DNA of 63,991 nucleotides, the filler included, from Basidioascus undulatus (taxonomy: Eukaryota): assembly GCA_000826855.1 (NCBI GenBank). It is 5 parts of 5 records of this genome, joined end to end, with 100 filler letters (N's around TTAATTAATTAA, not from the genome) between each part and the next. Parts side by side here need not be neighbours in the genome. Positions count along the whole stretch, not along the records: positions 38,733 to 51,528 come from JTLS01000878.1; positions 51,629 to 63,991 come from JTLS01000913.1; 3 more parts are not named here. The stretch is one strand, 5' to 3'. The position numbers and the translations under genes were made by a program. The notes below the pieces were generated by a model. It ran no database searches. It was not told the DNA's origin and was given only the letters and a program-made list of their open reading frames with translations. Positions 40,503 through 51,702 of this stretch are shown here, piece after piece. Each line of letters opens with the position of its first letter. The first letter of the stretch is position 1.

Positions 40503-42015
40503 CTCCTCCCCTTCCCCGCTCTCCACCCATCCCCGCACCTCCCCGCCCACCGGCCATCCCCTACTCCTCTTCTCCACATGCACCGTCCGCCCCGCGCGCT
40601 CAGGGCCAGGCTCGAACGTCAGCCCGCCCACGTCCGTCTTAGAGGAGAAGGCGCCCTCGTACGTCGAGGGCAGGGACACGCGCACGCTGCCTGCTTCGGA
40701 GGAGGAGGTGAGGTTGAGGGATGCGCGGGAGGGGAGCGTGGGGATGAGAAGGCAGTTGGAGCCGGCGGAGGTGCGGGAAAGGAGGCGGAAGGAGGAGCCG
40801 GAGAGGAGAGAGACGGTGGAGTGGATGGAGCTGTGCGGGAGGGGGGGGGTGAGGATGAAGAAGGCCGGGTGAGTGAATGGAGGAGAGGCAAGACGTACCC
40901 TGTCTCCGTCTTGAGGGTGATGTTGGTCGGGGAGGAAGATGAGGGGTTGGACGCTTTGAGGTCGACGACAATGGCTCTGTAACCGCCAGTGAAAGCATCG
41001 TTACGTTCTGCAGCAAAGGGGCGTCCACCCGAACAGAGGGCCCACGCACCCGTTCTCCGTCTGCGCATCAAAAAAGTCATCCACCTCGAAGCTCCCCTTG
41101 ATCGCGCCGTTCTCGCTGCGGAGCACCACCCCGCTCGCCTCAACGTCCTGCTCCCACCCCCTTCGCGTCAGGCACGTCCACACACTCACAAAGTCCAAAC
41201 TCCGTTACGCACTTGGCTGTGCAACGCCCCGTTCTCAGTGAACAAGTCGAGCTTCCCGAATGCGATGCGCGCGGGCGCGAGGTCGCCGACGTGCACGGAC
41301 AGGCTCGTCAGGTCTGTGCGGAGGAGCGGGTACACGCGGTGCGAGGGAAGGGTGAGCGTCACTGTGAGGTTGAGGGGCCGCCAGGGGTGCGGATCGGGGT
41401 GGGTGCGGTCTTTTGGGGTCTGGAAGGAAGACGCGTTCAATTGCCGACTCTCATAGGGAAAGCCGAGAAGACACAGAAACGCACCTTAACGATGACCCCA
41501 GCCTTCCCGCCCGTCTCCTCCCGCTCAATGAGCAGTTCCTCCCTGTCCTCAGCGATCCACCACATGGCCTGGATATCCACATCCACGGCGTCACCGCCCT
41601 TCTCCCCGGCCTGCACGATCACCCTCCCGCCAAGCCTAAGCCCCGACGACTCGACAAACAGTTCCTGCGCGCCCGCAGGCAGGCTAAAGCGCGTGGACGT
41701 GATCGTCGCGCCGTCGTGCCTGGTGTCACCGTCCCGAACGGGCGCATCGTGCAGCGGCGGATGCGAGTGCCCGGGCGCGGGCGAGCCCCAGTCCGGGGCC
41801 GCGCTCGCGGGCGCATGGTGCCCTCGGAAAAATCTGGATGCCATGTAGATGATGAGGGCAGCGAGGACGACGGTCGCAATAATGAGCGGGCGTTTGGAAC
41901 TCGAGCGCTTGCGACGTGGGGAGTATGCGGGCGGCGGAGGGAGGAGCGGGTCCGCCTCGGAGGTCGAGCCGTGTGGGACGTCGACGTGTGCGTCGTTCTC
42001 GGCTGACTTGATCAT
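40503..42015 (-). CDS. Single-TM protein with beta-strand-repeat adhesin-like (DUF4097-like) ectodomain, 3' end apparently truncated
   Basis: EADPLLPPPPAYSP, TM LIIATVVLAALIIYMA, then repeated units LDLFTENGALHS, VVLRSENGAIKGSFEV, NITLKTETG, VSLPSTYEGAFSSKTDVG. Confidence 0.65.
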
Positions 42016-42563
42016 CGTCAACGATAGCGAGCGCGAACTGGGAGACGGTTAGCGTGAGTGGGAAAATGAGCAGAGAATGGTTGTTGATGATAGAGGTGTG
42101 GGAGCCGTCGGGCTCGGCATCGCTGCTGCGGGAGAACGCATGATCATGAGCGGCGGAGAATAGAAGCGCAGCCCGCAGCCAAGGGCAGCACGCGCAAGCA
42201 CGCGAGCGCGCCTCTGTGTCGTTTATCACGCGTGTGTGCGAAGTCTCTCGGTATAATAATTAGCGCAGCAAACTTTAAGAATCCGGAGGACTTGGAGTTT
42301 GTACAGGGCGTGATCCACCGGCGAGCTGTGAACGGCCTGCGCAGCAAACGACATGGAAAGACAGCAAGGAACCAACCATTCCCAGCAGGCACACGGCGCA
42401 CAGGTCCAAGACAGACTTGCAAGACGACAGGAAAAAGTACTCGAAAACAACACGCCTACAGAGCATTAAAGAACCGGACGGTAACTAGAGCAAAGAAGCA
42501 CAATCCGAGGGGTATCTGTCCGCAACCAAGAGCAAAGAAAATACAGTCACCACCAACTACCCA

Positions 42564-44737
42564 TCATCGGTACCTCCTCACCTCATCCCTTTCCGGCGTC
42601 CCCATGTGCTCCGGACTCGAACTCCGTTGCAAAGAATCCCTTGCCTCCCGACCATCGGTGCTCTCTCCGCTGCTGCTGCTGCCCGCCTTGTCCTCCACGT
42701 CCTTCCAGAACTCCTCCCACCGCTCCTTCTCCTTCTCCCGCGGTGGCGCCTCCTTCTCCACCGGCGGCGGCGGGGGCGGCGACTTCGGAGATGCCGCGGG
42801 GGAGCCCGAGTGGGAGCTGGAAGAGGAGGAGCGCAGGCTCGTCCGGCGTTGGGCGGGGGACATCGCTGCGAGCTCGCGCGCCTCGCGCTGCGCTGCGGCG
42901 ATGCGCTCGAATGCGAGGATGAGCGAGCGCGTGGCGACTACTCCGCCTGGAGGGGGCGCGGGCTGGCCGGGCGGAGTCGACCCGTGCACGAGCATGGAGG
43001 TGGAGTCTTCTTGGCCCGGCGTCCCGGGCAGGCCGCCGCCTGAGCCGCCTGAGGACTTCTTGTGGTGGTAGTGCGGCGAGAAGGGGGAAGTGGGGTTGGC
43101 GAGGGTGCGGTAGCTAGCGGAGGAGGAGGAAGTGGACGAGCGCGCGTAGTACGGCTTCTTCGGCTTCGTGGGCGTGGGCGCAGGCAGGTTCTTGAGCAAG
43201 TCCTTCTCGTCCTCGTCCGACTCGTACCCGCTCCCGACGATCGTCGTGCCCGTCAGGCCGCTCCCGCGACTGAGCCCGCGGCTCAGCAGCGGGCGCGCGG
43301 CGAACGACCCAGGGAGGTCGAACGGCTTTCCGAGGTCGAACGAGTCCTCTTTCTCGTCCGCGCCCCGGAGGCCGAGTCCGATCGCAGCCTCCTCGTCGTC
43401 CGGGTCGTACTTCGGCAGCGGCGAGAAGGTCGACGGCGCGTGCGGCGAGCGCAGCCCGCGCGTCGGGTGCGAGGGGAGCGGGGCGTGCCCTGAGCCCGGG
43501 CCGGCGTGCTTGGCGTGCGTGGGCAGGATAGACGTGAACTTGTCCCACCCTGATGGGGCCGGCTGGAAGACGCCCGCCCGTTCGCCCCCGGGGTACGCCA
43601 GGCGCGAGGTGTACTCGCCGAGAAACGAGTTCCACTCCTACATGCAGCCCCTGAATGAGCAACTGAAAGCGCTAAGGCTGAGAAAGCAAGCGGGCAACGT
43701 ACCTCGTCCGGGTTCTCCCCGTACGTGCGGTGCATCCACTCGTCCGCCACCCCGCCGACCGCAGCGATGAGCGCCAGCCCCGCGGTAAGGCCCTTCGCGC
43801 CGCTCCCTCCCCACCCGTCCGCGCCAGCCCAGTCCTGCACGACGAGCCGAACAAAGTAGTCGATCCACGCCTCCTGGCCGGCGAGGATCGCGCACGCGTG
43901 GGCGAAGGCGAACGCGCCGCCGAGGGAAGACGACGTGTTGGTGAGGATGTGGCGTATGCGCGAGAAGGGGAGGAGCGGCAGGAGGAGGAGGAGCGGGAGC
44001 GAGATGGCGAGGAGGATGTGCCGCGCCAGGAGGGCGGAGGGACGGAAGATCCCGAGGAGGAGGATAGTGAGGGCGAGACTGTCGGAGGAGGGGATGTGAG
44101 GATGTGGGAAGGGGCAGGATTGAGGGAGGGGACGCACCCGCCAGTGAAACCGTGGCACATGAGGGCAATCCATCGGTACCGTGCGCCGAGGACGGCGATG
44201 AGGATACCCGAGCCCAGCCAGACGGCGAAGAGCGGGATGGAGGAGAGGGACTTGGCGGGTGAGAGGTTGGGGACGATGAGGGCGATGAGGATTGCAAGGT
44301 AAGCTGTTTCTCCCGACAAACCGCTGATTAGTCCTGATGCGATCACCCTGTAAAGAAACGAACGAAGACGCACATCCAGCCAGGAACCCGCCCGCCGCAC
44401 CGCCCAGTCCGCCAGTCAGCGGGAACCGCGGCGGGTTCTTCTCGTCCGGTGCGACAAGCCAGCGCGTGCGGTCGAGCGTGAAGAAGCGGCCGGCGAAGGC
44501 GACCGCGAGGCCGAGGAAGAGTAGGAGCAGGCCGGTGATGAGGCGGGTGGGGAATGGGGAGAGCTCGAGGGCTGAGAGGAGCGTGACGCTCGTCGCCGTC
44601 CCGGTGCTGGAGACCGCGGCGAGATTCTGGGGAGCGCTGGCCGCCCTAGCGTCGCCGGACGCGAGGCGCTCCGAGTACGCGAGGATCGCGTTGTACGCCT
44701 CGATCGAGCTCGGCGTCGAGTAGTAAGTGGTCGTCAT
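42564..44737 (-). CDS. DUF4203 (TM7S3/TM198-like) multi-pass membrane protein with long low-complexity C-terminus
   Basis: RLITGLLLLFLGLAVAFAGRFF, GGLGGAAGGFLAG, several TM helices, WMHRTYGENPDE|EWNSFLGEY, then a Ser/Pro-rich tail. Confidence 0.7.
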
Positions 44738-45648
44738 CGTCGTAATCGTTAGTTCGTATGGATCGTAAGCGTGCAGTGGGTTCGTTAGAGGGTCATGAAG
44801 CAGTTCGTTAACGGGGCGGGAGAGGATTTGATCGAGGTGAAGATGGAGGTGGGAAGGAGAGAGGGGCGCGACGACGCCCGGCCAAAGTGGAGCGGGTGCA
44901 AATGAGTTGCCTGTTCCTGTTCAACTGCTATCGAAGACTACTACTAATTGTGCCGGGGCCAGGGGGAGGAAGCCCCTATCTGCAGTCGGAGACCCCTGAC
45001 AGCCTCGTTGTGCAGTGCGCGGGTGCCACCGCTCCAGAAGATGGTGTCACCATCCGTGAAAGTCAGTCGATGCGAGCATGACTGGTTCACGGAACGACAG
45101 GTAAGCAAGGGTATTCGGGAATCAGCATGATCGCAAAGGCGGATGAAAGATGGAGGAGGAAGACAAGGAAGGGGAGCCGTCACGTCGGGCAGCTGTCAGA
45201 GCCGTCGTCTTCCCATTTTTGTTTCCAAACCCTTTCGCACAGCTGGTTATTCACAGACGCCGGAGTTGCACACAACAAACCGGAGCTGATCAAAACTTAA
45301 CTTTCCTCTCTTCACTTCTCAAGTTACGGTATGCATATGGATACGGTAAAGGCTGATGTGACAGTATTAGTCAGTGCAAGCCAGCTTTTCTCGATTTGCG
45401 TAGGTACTTGCGTCGAGGCGTATCTACCACAAACGCAGCATTTTCTTAAGGCTTAAAAGCGTTTGCTGTGCGTGTTACCTATATTCTCTCCGTTCATGTG
45501 TTCCCGGGATCGCCTCGAGGCACTGGTAACGGGCCGTGCTGTTCTGTCTGCGAGCTTCTGTCGCCGCTGTCTGCCTTCCACGATCCACTGCCGAGTCGTT
45601 GCTGATAGTTCTCTTATCGGTTGACCATCATCACACTGCATAGGTCCA

Positions 45649-47150
45649 GCCTCCTAAGAAAGCTCTCAACCGCAAGGATGCCTGCCATGAGTGTCGCAAG
45701 CGCCAGAGGGCCGTCTGCCCCTCCAAGCCTCCACGAGAATTCGCGTTGACGTGTTGTGCTCGCTCTGCGAAGCGTGACGGCCAGAAGCCGGCGTGCAGCA
45801 ACTGCTCGAATGCGCAGAGGGCTTGTGTGTGGGGGAGCATGAAGGGCACGCAGTGAACGCAGTTGCTCAGGCAGATCAGTGGACATTTTTTTGATCGGCC
45901 GTGTAGTGTACGGCGCGGAGAACTGAGTAGAGACCTGGATGAACAGCGGAGCTGGAGAGGGATCTGGAACGGGTGGGGTGAGTGGGCTGTTCGTGCAGAG
46001 AGGCTGAACGCTGCGCGGTGGCGGGGGATTGAGTAGCGGCTTCAAATAAACCTACTTCTCAATACGGATGCAGTGACCTTTCCAAATGGCTTTACTGACA
46101 AATGGGGGCCTGAAATGCCCAGCTTCAACATCCAACGACGGCGACCTATGAGCAGCCTCTCTGCTCCCCGAGATGGCCGTGCAGGAAGAAGCGGACTTCC
46201 CACAACCTTGCGCAGCAGCATGCCAACACTCTCATACAGTGCTTCCATCTTCCTCAGCCCTCAAGCTCAGCACGCAGTGCCTTGACATACGGTTCAGTTG
46301 AAACTGAGTGCTAGCTTGGAGGTGCAAGGCTTGTGTGGCAAGGTCTGGCCGATGGCGATGCGTATGCCTTGACGGCATGAATGCAGCTTGCGGCAGTATC
46401 GTCGCCATGCAAACGAGAACTACTCTCCAGTCAGGGCTTCTGAGAACGCCCTGGACTTGTCTGAAGCGATTCAGACTGCCACAGCCAGCTCACAGTTGGC
46501 CAATGCCCAGAGTAGCTGTCAACCCTGAACCTTTGCCACGTATTTTTCAGGCAGTATACGGTCCCCGCACATCATCCCTCTGACCCATATATTATCAACT
46601 GGCCTCTTTGGTGGGTGTTGAAACTGTCAGCAGCCTGCCAAGAGTGCACGGTCTGACCAAGTCTGACCATGCAGGGCATGCTTTGACAGTCAAGGCTCCT
46701 CAAAGAAGTTCTTTGAACTACAGACAGAAGTCATTTTTTCAGAGACCAGGAAAGTCGTGGTAATCTTTCTACTCAGGCAGCTCTATGACCGCCTTGCCAT
46801 CCACAATGGTGTAAAGGCTGGCTAAGGACTGACTAGTACAGCCACAGCTGTACCCCTCTTATCCACTCCTTAAACAATGAAATGACTCAATCTTGAGACA
46901 GTAAAAAGTTGACACAACGGCCTGGCTGCGAGCCCTGCCCACAACCCCTACACCTCCCGCATGCCCCTTCGACTGGCCATCGGAGTCAGGCCTGCGGGCA
47001 GAGTGGCAAAAGCTGAGATGGACGCACCGCTTGCCAGGAACAACGGCCGCCCCAGTGGCAACAGCACACTTGCCACCGCCCAGCTTATGGCAGAGCAGCA
47101 GCTTGGTCGCAGCCCGCAGTCGGGGAGAGCAGCGCTTCGGTACAGTACAT
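45649..47150 (+). pseudogene. Degenerate Zn(II)2Cys6 transcription factor
   Basis: RKDACHECRKRQR ... (R)DGQKPACSNCSNAQRACVW. The third Cys position reads CGT, the intervening donor is non-canonical, and downstream frames are broken by stops. The 3' limit is approximate. Confidence 0.55.
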
Positions 47151-47446
47151 GAACAATATTAACCTGTATCCTTATGTCCATACAGTTTGAATTCAGATGC
47201 ATTTTCACTTTCATCGTGGCAATTTGTGCACGGAGGCAATCCGTTTGCAGTTTGAGAGTTGAAACGGCGATGGAGCTGTCAGAGTGGGGCCGAAGACACG
47301 CCAAATTTTGGCAAGTTGCCGGCGCGCTCTTCATGTCGACGCGCCCTCACTTTACCGTCCGTCACTTTTGCCGGCTCCGTGCTCGTCATCTCCTCCTCAC
47401 ACCCCCCTCGGTAAAATCATACCGCGCGTTATCGAGGCAGCGGCCC

Positions 47447-49551
47447 ATGACTGAGGTCTTGCAGCCGTCATCGGCGAGCGCGTTCGACGCCGCGCTCGGC
47501 AGGCGCGACACCGCCAACGGCGTCCTCGGTGGTATCGACGCGCTCCTCGCCACGCCCGTTCTCTTTAAGGAGGCGCGACACCCTGATAGCAAGGGGCTGG
47601 GCATTCCGACAGGGTACAAGGCGGTCAATGAGCCGCCGAAGAAGAAGGAGGGCGAGGCCAGGGTGAGCATCCAGTGCACCCTTGTGGTCGGCGTGGATGT
47701 CTGCCGGAGGCTCGCGTTTTCAACCATCACTGATTGCTGAGTGGGGACTGTAGGGCATGAAGACACCGAATGGCACCGCTCCCTCCTCCTCCTCTTCCTC
47801 CGCCGTCGCCTCCTCTTCTGGCGCTCCCGCCTCGAGCCCCGCCACTGCGCCCACCTCTCCCTCCGCTTCCGCCCCGACCACGCTCGCCGCCCGTCCAACG
47901 CTCAAGGCGAGCAGAGACAATCTCTACCCCTGGCTCATTCCCAACCGCTTCCCGAACGGCGTCACACGCGTCGGCAAGGGCCTGCATAACCTCGGCAACA
48001 CCTGCTACCTCAACAGCGCGCTGCAGTGCCTCCTCCACACGCCCGCCCTCATCTACTTCCTCGTTTCACCGCATGCCAAGGGTCGCACGGACGGAAAGTT
48101 CTGCATGATCCAGGCGCTCAAGCTCGTAGCGAAGTCCTCTTTCACCGGGAGCGGTTCGAGCTTCGCTCCTCGACCGATTACCAACAACCTCCGGCGTGCG
48201 TACATCTCTCGTTACACAGCCCTGACCCACAGCTAAACCTGTTTCCATTTGACAGAAATCGCCCGCCATCTCCACATCGGCCGTCAGGAGGACTCGCAAG
48301 AGTTCCTCCGCTACGCCGTTGACGCGCTGCAATGCTCCTTCCTCTCCAACCACCCCCCGAAGCTCCCCCATGCCGCGACCCTCACCTCGCCCATCCACAA
48401 GATCTTCGGCGGGAAGCTGCGCAGCCGCGTGCTCTGCATGTCGTGCAAGACGCCGAGCGACACGTTCGACGCGTTTCTCGACCTCAGCGTCGGCGTCAAG
48501 AACTGCGGCAGCCTCCAGGACGCGCTCAAGGGCTTCGTCGCGCTCGACCGCCTCGAGAAGGACAACAAGTACAACTGCGAGAAGTGCGTACACTTGCCTC
48601 ATGGGGTTGGCTGCGCGGCCGAGTGCTGACTGCCGCTGCCCTCTGCGTGCAGGTGCAAGAAGCGTGTCAATGCGACGAAGCAATTCACCGTCCACGAAGC
48701 GCCGCAGTGCCTCACTATCCACCTGAAGCGGTTCGGTCCGACGGGGGGGAAGCTCGGCCACCGCGTCGTGTACAACGAGAAGCTGGACCTGAAGCCGTAC
48801 ATGAGCGCGGACCAGGTGCGTTCCCTCGTCCTCCCTCCCCCTCCCGCCGCCGGCAACCTCACATTAACCCTCCTTTGCCCTCACGCAGCCCGGTGCGCGC
48901 TACCGCCTGTACGGCGTCGTCTGCCACGCCGGCTCGGGCGCGCGCTCGGGGCACTACATCGCGCACGTGCGCGCGGCCGACGGCCACTGGTACACGATGA
49001 ACGACGACATGGTCTCCCCCACGGGCCCGCCGCTGAGCATCGGGAACGCGTACATCCTCTTCTACGAGCGCGAGAAGGGCTCCGTCCTCGAGGAGGCGCT
49101 CGCGGGCGACAAGGTCCTCGGGAAGCGCAAGGCCGAGGCCCCGGCGGAGGACGACGACGAAGACGCTTCGTCGGACGAGGGCGAGGACGACGCGCCACCA
49201 GCGACCACCTCGTTCTCCTCCCCCGGCGTCTTCCAGAACCGCTTGTCGTTCAAGCACCCCTCCGCGCCCTCGCCTGCGCACTCCACGCCCGGCGGCCCTA
49301 TCGGCGGCAAGCACAACGTCTTCAACTCGCACCGGCCGCAGAAGATCGCGACGCCGGGGTACGGGCAGAGTTCGAAGAAGCAGAAGAAGCGGCACGGCGG
49401 CGGCGGCGGCTTCGGGATGACCGTCGGGCGCGACACGCTCCGCGGGGACGACATGGGTGTGCCCGTCCAGCGCCCGGTGCCCGCAGGCGGGTTCTACGGG
49501 AAGGGGAACGGGTATAAGCCGGGGAAGGTAAAGAAGATGAAGAGGTTCTAA
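47447..49551 (+). CDS. Ubiquitin-specific protease, USP36/USP42 (Ubp10/Ubp16)-like
   Basis: Cys box GLHNLGNTCYLNSALQCL; GRQEDSQEFLRY; NKYNCEKCK; LTIHLKRF; His box YGVVCHAGSGARSGHYIAHVR..WYTMND..AYILFY; basic C-terminal tail. Confidence 0.92.
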
Positions 49552-50077
49552 GGGTCGGGCGGGCTTTCTTGTACCGTCGCGTTTCACACGTCCTTGGGCC
49601 CCCGTTCCTCTTGTCATCCCACCGTCATCACTGCATAGCACCGTCACACGCATCTTCTCACTCGTAGGTCTCTGTACGCAATATTCACTGTACTCGCATC
49701 ATTACCAATACCACTATTGCTGCCATCTATGCCTGTCCATATTTGCTTGGGCTTTGGGCTTTGGTGCGTGTGTACAGATGTGGAACCGTCGCTGCTCTTC
49801 AGGCCGTGCCAGACGAGCTCTGGCTTTGGGCGCTGGCTGACCTCAGGGACAAGAGAACCACCCCAGTTACGCAGCCGTTATCATTCTTCACGCCATGAGT
49901 CTGTACGGTCGTCTGAGTGCGCGGCAGGAGATGTGCGGTGCGCAGTCCACGAAGGGTCTTCCGGCTTCCTAATCAAAACTTTCGACAAACCCCTTGTCAT
50001 CAAGGCAGTGCAAGCATGCATGGGAAGCAACAGCAAAGCTACGACGACTCAGAAGCCTGAAGCAACATGCAAGTCAG

Positions 50078-50605
50078 CTAACAAACGAACATTTCGAAAA
50101 GCCGGTGATCCCACGCACCATACTTGGTCCCCGAGTGCGCCCTCGTCTGCTTGTTGCGCGCGATCTGCTCCTCCAGCTCTGCCCTACGATCGTGCGCTTC
50201 GGACAGCAGCGCGGAGAGCTGACCGCGCACGCGCGCGCCGCGGCCTTGCGGACCCTTTTTGGGGATCTGGGGTCCGCCGTATTCCATATCAGCCAAGCAG
50301 TTCGAAGCCTTGGGACAACGAATTGCTCAGAACACACCTTAACCTCCGGCGCGGCAGCCGCAGCTGGCAGCTGCGCGGGACGTTCAATTTTGGCGAGGTT
50401 GTCTTTCGCGTTGACGTCGACGACGTTCTTCCCCTGGAGCTCCGCGGCCTCGCGCTCCTCAAGCGCGGAGACGTCGACCCCGTTCGCGGCCTGCCAAGAG
50501 CGGTAGGCGGCCTGGTAGACCTCCGGGTCATGCTGCGCCCACTCGCCGGAGGGAAGCTGGTAGTAACCAGGGTAGGGGTCGTACGGCGTTGGAGGGGGGG
50601 GGCGG
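50078..50605 (-). CDS. C-terminal fragment of PRCC-like (MAD2B-interacting domain) protein
   Basis: PTPYDPYPGYYQLPSGEWAQHDPEVY; RGQLSALLSEAHDRRAELEEQIARNKQTRAHSGTKYG, matching the PRCC C-terminal signature. No start codon or N-terminal part is seen. The exact 3' end depends on a possible final intron. Confidence 0.75.
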
Positions 50606-50627
50606 ATACGGAGAAGGAAAAAGGTAC

Positions 50628-51528
50628 TTTGAGGCGTGTTAGAGTGACGATGTCTTCCCGCAGGAAGTGGTCCAGTTCGCGGAGCTCTGATTTCCGCACG
50701 GGCACGGGCGTGAGCGTTGCGAAGCAAGCGACGTGGGGGGCGGGGGAGAGGTACCGTTCCAGACTTCGGCGCGCCCTTCCTCGGGCACTCCATCTGCGTT
50801 CCAACTCAGAGATCAGTTTCTCCTGTCCGTGGGAGAGGGATAGATGGGAAGGAGGGGAGGGAAAGCGCACCTCCGTTCAGCAGCTCCGCGAGCGCTTCTG
50901 TCCGCGCTAGCGCGTCGTTCGCCTCTTCTTGCGCCGCATCGGCGTCTGCGAAACTGCGCCGCTCACCGAGATACGAAGTCAGACCGGTGCAGAGAGTGGG
51001 ATGGAAAGCAAGGGAGAGGATGCACTCGGTCGCCTGCAGCTCCGCGTCAATCTTCTGTGCCTCCTCCTCAAAGTTCCGCGCGAGTGCCTGGATCTCCTCA
51101 AAGCGTCGCGCATACTCCTCTACCCCCCAAGATCCCTAATCAGTCCGCCAATCCCAGACTACACCAGGCAAGAAAGCACGGCAACTAACCCAGCGCCCCC
51201 TCCGCCCCCCTTTTAACCTCCCGCATCTTCCCCCTGCTCACGTAGTCCCCCAACCGTCTCTCCTTCCCGCCCACCAATCTCGGATCCACCTTCACCCTCT
51301 CCACCAAATCCAAATCCCTCTCATAGCCATCCACGAGCGCGCGGTGCCTGCCCAGGGCGGCAGCGACGGCCGGGCGGAAGGTGCCGAGGAGTGCGGCGAG
51401 GGAGGCGAGGTGCGTTGCGAGATTGTGCGACGCGAGGAGGAGGGCGGCGTGCCGTGTGTGGAGGGAGGCGTGTAGGGCGGCGGATCGCGCGTGGTGTGTC
51501 CGCGCGAGGGAGAGGTGGGTTTTGAGCA
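50628..51528 (-). CDS. ATG11: Internal N-terminal-region fragment of autophagy scaffold Atg11
   Basis: ALLLASHNLATHL...LVDGYERDLDLVERVKVD...RRLGDYVSRGKMREV...ARRFEEIQ...ELRELDHFLREDIVTLTRLK resembles basidiomycete Atg11 (recognised from memory). Cut by the gap at the 5' end and by a junction at the 3' end. Confidence 0.6.
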
Positions 51529-51628
51529 NNNNNNNNNNNNNNNNNNNNNNNNNNNNNNNNNNNNNNNNNNNNTTAATTAATTAANNNNNNNNNNNNNNNN
51601 NNNNNNNNNNNNNNNNNNNNNNNNNNNN
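51529..51628. other. Artificial contig spacer
   Basis: N44-TTAATTAATTAA-N44. Confidence 0.97.
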
Positions 51629-51702
51629 GCTGATCTACCTTGTTCCTCTTTCATCCACCCACAACATCCTCTCACCCCTGACACAACTCCCTCCCCACCC
51701 AG

